From Gemmatimonadales bacterium (GTDB taxonomy: Bacteria; Gemmatimonadota; Gemmatimonadetes; Gemmatimonadales; Gemmatimonadaceae): DNA of 64,000 nucleotides. Shown here in pieces: positions 1-6,120 of this stretch; the stretch's first letter is position 1, and every line of letters starts with the position of its first letter. The notes below the pieces were generated by a model. That model was not told the origin of the DNA. It saw nothing but the letters and a program-made list of their open reading frames with translations, and did no database searches. The stretch lies in assembly GCA_038253885.1 (NCBI GenBank), contig JBBSGP010000009.1:19105-83104 (forward strand), written 5' to 3'. Made by a program: the position numbers and the translations under genes.

Positions 1-45
1 CTGCGCGATCATCGCCGCCAGCCGGTCCAGCTCGTTCTCGGTCAA
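1..45 (-). CDS. 5' end of an unidentified gene downstream of the BMC aldehyde dehydrogenase; partial, runs off the left edge
   Basis: A TTG at 45..43 overlaps the ALDH stop (TTGA). The frame is open to position 1 and reads (M)TENELDRLAAMIAQ, a short amphipathic-helix-like N-terminus. Only 15 codons are visible. Confidence 0.3.
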   Translation of the reverse strand, partial: MTENELDRLAAMIAQ

Positions 46-1556
46 CTGCGTTGCGCGCGGACATCGCGCAGGAAATCGTCGACGATGCGCTGCACCTCGG
101 CCGCCGCCAGCGGTGCCGGGAGGGGGCCGTCCGCTCGCTCGATCGGTCTCCCAGGCGCTGATCGATCCGCGTAGACAGATCGGCCGTCGCGACGGAGCGG
201 ATCCTCGTACCTCCGGATCTCATAACCGAGCCGCTTGATGTTGATCAGATGCAACGGCGTCACGTTGTCGGACGTGCTGCTGCCTCCCCACGCGCCCGGT
301 CCGAGAGTCATCGCCGGCGCGAAGCCGGTGGTATAGCCGACCGCTCCGATGGACGTATTGCTGTTGACGACGATGCGAAACGCCGGCTTCTCGAGAAAGA
401 ACTGCTGGATCACGTGGGAGTCCTCGCAGTGGAGACCGAGCGAGTGACCGATTCCGCCATAACGGAGCTGCTCGATGGCACGCTGGCAGCAGCGCTCCCA
501 CCCATCCTCGACGAAGAAGCCCAGAACAGGGGAGAGCTTCTCGCGACTCAGCGGATCCTCGCGGCCGGTCTTCTTCAGATCCACGATCAGCAGCTTGGCG
601 TCGGGGGCAATGGAGAAGCCGGCGAGCGTCGCGATTTGCTGCGGCTGCTTGCCGACGATCTCGGGATTGATCCCCTTCCCCGAAGGAGGGATCATCACCC
701 GCTCGAGGGCGCGCTTCTCCTCGGGCGAGCAGAAATGCCCCCGCTCCGCCCGAAAGCGCTCGCGCACCCGCTGCTCGACGGGGGCATCACAGATGCACGA
801 GTTCTCGGCCGAGCAGAGGACGCCGGCGTCGAACGTCTTACCATCGACGATGTCCGCCACCGCTTTGTCGATCCGTGCCGTCCGCTCGATGATGGCGGGC
901 ACGTTGCCGGGACCGACACCGTACGCCGGCTTTCCGGAGGTGTAGGCGCTCCGCACCATATCGCTGCCGCCGGTCGCCAGAATGATTGCCGTCTGCTTGT
1001 GTCGCATGAGCGCCAGCGTTCCGTCGAGCGTCGGCGTCGTCATGCAGAGGATGAGACCCGCGGGAGCGCCGGCGGCGGTGGCGGCCTCGTCCATGACCTT
1101 CGCGCTCTCCACCGTGCAGCGTACCGCACGCGGATGCGGCGACATCACGATCGCGTTGCGGGCCTTGATCGCGATGAGTCCCTTGTAGATCGCGGTCGAT
1201 GTCGGATTCGTGGTCGGGATGATTGCGGCCACGACGCCCATCGGCACCGCCAGCTCCTGCACCCGGCGCTCCCGATCCTCGCGCAGGATGCCCACCGTCC
1301 TGAGGGGGAGGATGTAATCGAGCAGGATCTCCGACGAGAAGCGGTTCTTGATGATCTTGTGCTCGTAGACGCCCATGGCGGTCTCATCGACTGCCAGCCG
1401 CGCCAGGCGCTCGGCATTGCGGGAACAGGCACTCCCGACGGCACGGACGACGGCATCCACCTGCTCCTGCGACGCACGCGCAAACGCGGACTGGGCCGCG
1501 GCGGCGCGGGCAACCAAGTCGCGCGCTTCCTGGATGCTCCGGAGATCCGCGTCCAC
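42..1556 (-). CDS. CoA-acylating aldehyde dehydrogenase (EutE/PduP family), BMC-associated
   Basis: 504-aa ORF. It shows ALDH-superfamily features: IPTTNPTSTAIYK, GGSDMVRSAYTSGKPAYGVGPGNVP, and the catalytic-Cys context DAGVLCSAENSC. It lies directly downstream of two BMC-H genes. A Pro-rich linker precedes the amphipathic C-terminal helix AAAEVQRIVDDFLRDV. Confidence 0.9.
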   Translation of the reverse strand: MDADLRSIQEARDLVARAAAAQSAFARASQEQVDAVVRAVGSACSRNAERLARLAVDETAMGVYEHKIIKNRFSSEILLDYILPLRTVGILREDRERRVQELAVPMGVVAAIIPTTNPTSTAIYKGLIAIKARNAIVMSPHPRAVRCTVESAKVMDEAATAAGAPAGLILCMTTPTLDGTLALMRHKQTAIILATGGSDMVRSAYTSGKPAYGVGPGNVPAIIERTARIDKAVADIVDGKTFDAGVLCSAENSCICDAPVEQRVRERFRAERGHFCSPEEKRALERVMIPPSGKGINPEIVGKQPQQIATLAGFSIAPDAKLLIVDLKKTGREDPLSREKLSPVLGFFVEDGWERCCQRAIEQLRYGGIGHSLGLHCEDSHVIQQFFLEKPAFRIVVNSNTSIGAVGYTTGFAPAMTLGPGAWGGSSTSDNVTPLHLINIKRLGYEIRRYEDPLRRDGRSVYADRSAPGRPIERADGPLPAPLAAAEVQRIVDDFLRDVRAQRS

Positions 1557-1574
1557 GCGAGTCGGCGCCCGCGA

Positions 1575-2054
1575 CTATGCGTTCAGGGCGCGGAAGGCGT
1601 CGAGAAGCTCCTCGCGCCCGGCGCGCGCGATCTCACGTCCCTTGATCGGGAAGTTGGGGATGCGCCGCGCCATCGCGCGCAGGTCGACCACCTTCGCTTC
1701 GGTCAGACGCTCGACATCGAAGGGCGGACCCCCGACGGAGCCGGTGCTGCGAGCGGATCCTCCCCCTTGCTCGTCCTCGTCTCCCTCGATCCGGTCGAGC
1801 TGGGCATGTGGTCTGGGGATCACGTGACTCGAGACCAGCTGACCCACGCGCTTGGCGGCCGCAGATCCGGCGTCCACCGCCGATCGCACTGCGGCCACGT
1901 CGCCGCCGAACATCACGGTGACGAGTCCGGCGTCCGCTCGCTCCTGCCCGAGCAGATCCACGTCCGCCGCTTTCAGTCCGGCATCGGCCGCCTCGATGGC
2001 ACCGACGAGCCCCTTCGTCTCGACCAGGCCGAGGGCCCGAGCACTCCACGTCAT
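1575..2054 (-). CDS. BMC-H shell protein (PF00936-type) with a ~70-aa C-terminal extension
   Basis: The N-terminal ~88 aa form a canonical BMC domain ([23 protein letters not shown]...GDVAAVRSAVDAG...HVIPRPH). This is followed by an acidic/Gly linker (EGDEDEQGGGSARSTGSVGGPP) and then a helix-hairpin segment (VERLTEAKVVDLRAMARRIPNFPIKGREIARAGREELLDAFRAL). Confidence 0.9.
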   Translation of the reverse strand: MTWSARALGLVETKGLVGAIEAADAGLKAADVDLLGQERADAGLVTVMFGGDVAAVRSAVDAGSAAAKRVGQLVSSHVIPRPHAQLDRIEGDEDEQGGGSARSTGSVGGPPFDVERLTEAKVVDLRAMARRIPNFPIKGREIARAGREELLDAFRALNA

Positions 2055-2055
2055 C

Positions 2056-2346
2056 TCAACCGTTATCCGGCGGTCCGGCGGGGATGATCAGATCGAGATC
2101 GTTGTGGGGGCGGGGAATGACGTGAACGCTCACCAGCTCTCCGACGCGCTCCGCGGCTGCCGCTCCGGCGTCGGTCGCCGCCTTCACCGCGCCGACATCG
2201 CCTCGCACCATCACCGTGACGTACCCGCCGCCAACTTTCTCTTTGCCGACGAGCCGGACATTCGCCGCCTTCACCATCGCGTCGGCCGCCTCGATGGCTC
2301 CGACGAGTCCCTTTGTCTCGATCAGCCCGAGCGCGTTCTGGGGCAT
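2056..2346 (-). CDS. BMC-H shell protein (PduA/EutM/CcmK-like, PF00936)
   Basis: 96 aa: [57 protein letters not shown]...HVIPRPH. It stops 1 nt before the next BMC-H start. Confidence 0.92.
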   Translation of the reverse strand: MPQNALGLIETKGLVGAIEAADAMVKAANVRLVGKEKVGGGYVTVMVRGDVGAVKAATDAGAAAAERVGELVSVHVIPRPHNDLDLIIPAGPPDNG

Positions 2347-2428
2347 TCTTCCTCCATAAGTGGTAGCACCAAGCGCTAGAATGGATGCTCCCGGTTCGTT
2401 TGTAAAGAGCGATGGACGCGGCTAGAAT

Positions 2429-3217
2429 GTGCGCATGCTCTCACCGCCGTGCTACGTGATCTCGGATACGCATCTGGGCCTCGACTCGGTCGCACTGGAG
2501 CGGCAGGTCGCGGCCTTCCTGCGGCATCTGCACGGGCGCGCGGAATCACTCCTCATCAACGGCGACCTTTTCGACTTCTGGTTCGAGTGGCGCTCGGTCG
2601 TGCCGCGCGGAAATTTTCGCACCCTCGGTGCCCTGGCAGAGCTGCGCGACGGGGGTGTCGAGGTTGTCATGATCGGAGGAAACCACGATTGCTGGGGCGG
2701 CGACGTCCTGAGGAAGGACGTCGGGCTGTCGTTTCATCTCGGCGAGTGGGATGGAATCCTGGGCGGATGGCGAGCGCACGTGGAGCATGGCGACGGGCTG
2801 CGGCCCGCGGCCGATCGAAGGTACCGGATGCTCCGGCGCGTGCTCCGGCATCGGTTCTCAGTCGCGGCTTTTCGCCTCATGCACCCCGACTGGGGCACGC
2901 GGTTGGCCCGAGGCAGCTCCAGAGTGAGCCGAGCGCACCAACCAGCTGACGAAGGCGAGGGACTTCGCCGCATCGCCCATCAGCGGCTCGCCGAGAACCC
3001 CGAGACCGAGCTCGTCATCTTTGGTCACTCGCATCGCGCCACGCTCGAGCGCGGAGAGCATGGCGTGTATGCAAACCCTGGTTCGTGGCTCGACGCCCCG
3101 GCGTTTCTGCTGGTGCGACCGGACAGGATCGAGCTGCGGAGCTGGAGCGGATCACCCGAGGGTGATCTTCTCCACGCGATCGATCGCCGACCCGAGGAAC
3201 CGCTGGCCCAGACGTAA
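2429..3217 (+). CDS. LpxH-like calcineurin-type metallophosphoesterase (UDP-2,3-diacylglucosamine diphosphatase-like)
   Basis: Metallophosphoesterase motifs appear in order: VISDTHLG, INGDLFDFWFEW, GGNHDCW, FGHSH. The start is GTG 2429 or ATG 2435. Confidence 0.75.
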   Translation: MRMLSPPCYVISDTHLGLDSVALERQVAAFLRHLHGRAESLLINGDLFDFWFEWRSVVPRGNFRTLGALAELRDGGVEVVMIGGNHDCWGGDVLRKDVGLSFHLGEWDGILGGWRAHVEHGDGLRPAADRRYRMLRRVLRHRFSVAAFRLMHPDWGTRLARGSSRVSRAHQPADEGEGLRRIAHQRLAENPETELVIFGHSHRATLERGEHGVYANPGSWLDAPAFLLVRPDRIELRSWSGSPEGDLLHAIDRRPEEPLAQT

Positions 3218-3979
3218 GAACTGGTCGGGAGCGTCGGAGGCGATGAAGCGATGCGCCCCTCGACCTTCCAGCGACGCTCGCAATCCGCGCGCGTCGAGAA
3301 CGCGAGCGGTCTCGGCAGCCGTTTCGCGTGCGCTGTCGATGAGCTGAACGGCGATGCCGATCGTCTCGGAGAGAACTCCCTTGAGGAGGGGATAGTGCGT
3401 GCACCCCAGCACGAGGGCATCCACCGCCTCGCGGGAGAGTGGCTCCAGGTACTCGCGCGCGATGAGGCGAGTCGCCTCTGTATCGAGCCAGCCCTCCTCC
3501 ACGAGCGGGACGAGCAGCGGACAGGCACGAACGACAATGTGCGCATCAGGCAGCAGGGTCCGGATCGCGCGTTCGTACGCGCCTGATGCGATGGTCCCGG
3601 CCGTCCCGATGACGCCGATGCGGCCGGTCGTACTCGCACTGACGGCCGCGCGGGCGCCAGGCTCCACCACGCCGAGCACGGGAACACTCTCGCGCGCCTG
3701 GAGTTCCGGTAGGGCATGGGCGGTCGCGGTATTGCACGCCACGACGATCGCCTTCACTCCTTCGGCCGTCAGAAAGTCGGCAATCTCTCGGCTGTAGCGG
3801 CGTACCGTGTCGGGACTCTTCGGCCCGTACGGCACGCGCGCCGTGTCACCGAAGTAGATGATGCGTTCGGTGGGAAGCTGCCGCATGATCTCGCGAACGA
3901 CCGTCAGTCCGCCGATGCCGGAGTCGAAGACCCCGATAGGCGCCGTCGTGCCCTTCCCCGCCGCGCCCGCCGTCACCAC
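3152..3979 (-). CDS. murI: glutamate racemase
   Basis: Motifs GVFDSGIGGLTV, VVACNTATA and LGCTHYPLL. The ORF-track start (4156) is trimmed to GTG 3979, just after the upstream gene's stop (3973..3975). Confidence 0.9.
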   Translation of the reverse strand: MVTAGAAGKGTTAPIGVFDSGIGGLTVVREIMRQLPTERIIYFGDTARVPYGPKSPDTVRRYSREIADFLTAEGVKAIVVACNTATAHALPELQARESVPVLGVVEPGARAAVSASTTGRIGVIGTAGTIASGAYERAIRTLLPDAHIVVRACPLLVPLVEEGWLDTEATRLIAREYLEPLSREAVDALVLGCTHYPLLKGVLSETIGIAVQLIDSARETAAETARVLDARGLRASLEGRGAHRFIASDAPDQFLRLGQRFLGSAIDRVEKITLG

Positions 3980-4431
3980 ACGGTGCTCGCCGCCAGGGTG
4001 AGACCGCGTGGAGAGGGCACGAGTGAGACGTGCGCCGGCAGATCCCAGAGGTGTGCCGACACGAATGCCTCGGCGCCCGAGATGAAGTGGTTGAAGATGA
4101 GGAGCGCCGTCCAGTCCTCCACCTGCTGCCGGCGGCTGTGCACGATCGGCACCCACGGCGATGCCGCCTTGATCAGTCGGGGCGGTATCACGCTGCTGTC
4201 CACGCCCACGACGATGCTGTCGATGCCCATCCGCTTGGCCACGCCGAGATTGTGGCGGCTCTTCACCGTCATGAAGAGCGAGGCCGCTTCGATCAGACCG
4301 AAAGCGGTGGCGATACGGGGGCGCCCGAGCGCGAGCTGACCCAGACCCGGCAAGGCAAGGGAGCGAAGAAAGGCGCTCCGGGGAGATACCGGTGGTCCGG
4401 ATGCGCTGTCGAGTGGCACGACAGGAGCCAC
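3973..4431 (-). CDS. hypothetical membrane/periplasmic protein with a PGLGQ motif
   Basis: This is the 3' part of ORF 3973..5019. The coding-like segment is ...FLRSLALPGLGQLALGRPRIATAFGLIEAASLFMTV...LLIFNHFISGAEAFVSAHL. There is no ATG between tRNA-Sec and this segment, so GTG 4431 is the best visible start. The start is uncertain. Confidence 0.5.
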   Translation of the reverse strand: MAPVVPLDSASGPPVSPRSAFLRSLALPGLGQLALGRPRIATAFGLIEAASLFMTVKSRHNLGVAKRMGIDSIVVGVDSSVIPPRLIKAASPWVPIVHSRRQQVEDWTALLIFNHFISGAEAFVSAHLWDLPAHVSLVPSPRGLTLAASTVW

Positions 4432-4528
4432 TCTTCGAACTCCCGCGGGCGCGCCGTCGGGCAGTTGGGCCGCCAGCCGGTGCGCGCCGAGCAGAAGTCC
4501 GGCGAACAGGATCGCGACGCGGCGCGAT

Positions 4529-4625
4529 TGGCGGGAACGTGTGGGAATCGAACCCACCCGACCCGACGAAGTCAGGTCACACCAGTTTTGAAGACTGGGG
4601 AAGCCACCAGGCCCCATCCGCCCCC
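4529..4625 (-). tRNA. selC: tRNA-Sec (anticodon UCA), 97 nt including the encoded CCA
   Basis: Minus-strand sequence: GGGGGCGGATGGGGCCTGGTGGCTTCCCCAGTCTTCAAAACTGGTGTGACCTGACTTCGTCGGGTCGGGTGGGTTCGATTCCCACACGTTCCCGCCA. Elements read by eye: an 8-position acceptor stem, a 6-bp D-stem (GGGGCC/GGCTTC) with the 4-nt loop TGGT, an anticodon arm CCAGT-CTTCAAA-ACTGG (UCA), an 8-bp variable arm (GACCTGAC/GTCGGGTC), and a 5-bp T-arm GTGGG-TTCGATT-CCCAC. This matches the bacterial 8/5 tRNA-Sec architecture. Confidence 0.9.
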
Positions 4626-4630
4626 ATCCG

Positions 4631-5683
4631 TCACAGAAGAACGATATCGTGCGTTGCCCGCGCGCCCACGACACCGATCTCGATTGCGCCGGGGACGAGC
4701 GAAAGATAACGCTGCACCTCGGCCGATGGGACGGCGACGAGCAACCCGCCGGAAGTCTGCGGGTCGACCAGCAGCGCTCGCTCGACATCGTCGGTCGCGC
4801 CCCAATCCACCCGCTCCTCGAGGTACTCGGTATTCCGCTCCGCACCGCCGGTGCGCACTCCGCGCACGGCCGCGGCGCGAGCGCCCGGAAGAATCGGCAC
4901 GGCCGAGACATGGATGTGAAGCGTCGCGTGGCTGGCTCGAGCGATGTGCGACCCATGACCCAACAGTCCGAACCCGGTGATGTCGGTGGCGCAGCGGACG
5001 CCGACCTCGAGAGCGGCACGGCTCGCCGTTGCGTTGAGCGTGCTCATGCTCCGGATCATCGCCCAGCGGTCCGGCTCGGGCAACTCACCCTGTTTGGCCG
5101 CGGTCGCGAGCAGACCGGTGCCGAGGGGCTTCGTCAGGATCAGGTGATCGCCCTCTCGGGCGGCCGCGTTGGTGAGCAGCCGGCGCGGGTCCGCTCGGCC
5201 GGTGACCGCGAGCCCATACTTGATCTCGCTGTCGATCACGGTGTGGCCGCCGGCGATCACGGCGCCTGCTTCATGAACCTTGTCCTGACCGCCGCGCAGG
5301 ATCTCGGTGAGGACTTCGAGCGGCGGTTCGCCACCGCCCGGGAAGCCGACGATGCTCAGTGCGGTCAGAGGCTCGCCGCCCATCGCATAGACGTCCGACA
5401 GCGCATTCGCGGCGGCGATCTGCCCGAACTCGTAGGGATCGTCCACGATCGGCGCGAAAAAGTCCACCGTCTGGACCAGAGCGAGATCGTCGGACAGCAG
5501 GAACACCCCCGCGTCATCGAAGGTCTCGCGACCGACGAGAAGGCGGGGATCGGCGCCCAGGGGAAGTGGCGCGAGCACGCGCGACAGGTCTCCCGGACCC
5601 ATCTTGGACGCTCAACCGGCGCAGCGGGCGAAAGCTGTCAGCCGAAAGAGCTGTTCCCGGGTGTTGTTTCTGTCGCCGCTCAT
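4631..5683 (-). CDS. selD: selenide, water dikinase (selenophosphate synthetase), a selenoprotein with in-frame UGA at 5612..5614
   Basis: The ORF track starts at 5602 (MGPGDLSRVL...). Upstream in the same frame: ATG 5683 preceded by GGGAGG, then MSGDRNNTREQLFRLTAFARCAG-TGA-ASKMGPGDL. The U-x-x-K spacing equals Cys17/Lys20 of the E. coli SelD GAGCGCK loop. The remainder is SelD/AIR-synthase-like (VDFFAPIVDDPYEFGQIAAANALSDVYAMGG). Confidence 0.9.
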
Positions 5684-5699
5684 GGATCCTCCCGCGCGC

Positions 5700-6086
5700 T
5701 CAGCCAGCCACGCGCGCAACGACATCGATCTCCACCAGCGCACCACGCGGCAGCGCCGCAACCTGCACCGTGGAGCGCGCCGGACGCGCATCGCCCAGCG
5801 TCTTTCCGTAGATCTCGTTCATCGTCGGAAAATCGGCGAGGTCGACCAGATAGACGGTGGTCTTCACCACATCGCCCCACATCGCTCCGGCGGCCGCGAG
5901 CACGGCGGAGAGATTCGCGAGAACCCGCTCGGTCTGCTGCACGATGCCGCCATCCATCATCTGACCTGAGGATGGATCGAGCGGGATCTGGCCGGCGGAA
6001 AAGAGAAAGCCGTTCGCGACGATGGCCTGAGAGTACGGTCCGATCGCCTTCGGCGCCTTGTCCGTGGAGATGTTTCTGAGGCTCAC
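5700..6086 (-). CDS. RidA/YjgF/L-PSP family reactive-intermediate deaminase
   Basis: ISTDKAPKAIGPYSQAIVANGFLFSAGQIPLDP...VKTTVYLVDLADFPTMNEIY...PARSTVQVAALPRGALVEID. GTG 6086 gives a RidA-like length of 128 aa and avoids overlapping fhs. ATG 6146 is the alternative start. Confidence 0.85.
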   Translation of the reverse strand: MSLRNISTDKAPKAIGPYSQAIVANGFLFSAGQIPLDPSSGQMMDGGIVQQTERVLANLSAVLAAAGAMWGDVVKTTVYLVDLADFPTMNEIYGKTLGDARPARSTVQVAALPRGALVEIDVVARVAG

Positions 6087-6120
6087 ACGCGCTCCGGAAG
6101 AGGAGGACAGCTCGGCACGA

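Noticed and set aside
249-2087. Very long ORFs antisense to, or out of frame with, recognisable genes. Examples: 249..2087(+), 6058..7383(+), 9642..11597(+), 14107..15561(+), 26477..29035(+), 35705..37603(+), 53180..55912(+), 53247..55472(-), 59378..61507(+).
   Set aside because: Their translations are Arg/Gly/Ala/Pro-rich and low in complexity, with no recognisable motifs. Each overlaps a gene with clear family signatures. Long shadow ORFs are expected in GC-rich DNA because stop codons are AT-rich.
3152-3217. A 66-nt convergent 3' overlap between the lpxH-like gene and murI. There is a similar 31-nt overlap between the PLC-like gene and gatB at 23360..23390.
   Set aside because: Both C-termini look like ordinary continuations of their proteins. 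Such overlaps arise easily where stop codons are scarce. I saw no hairpin or other structure suggesting a special function.
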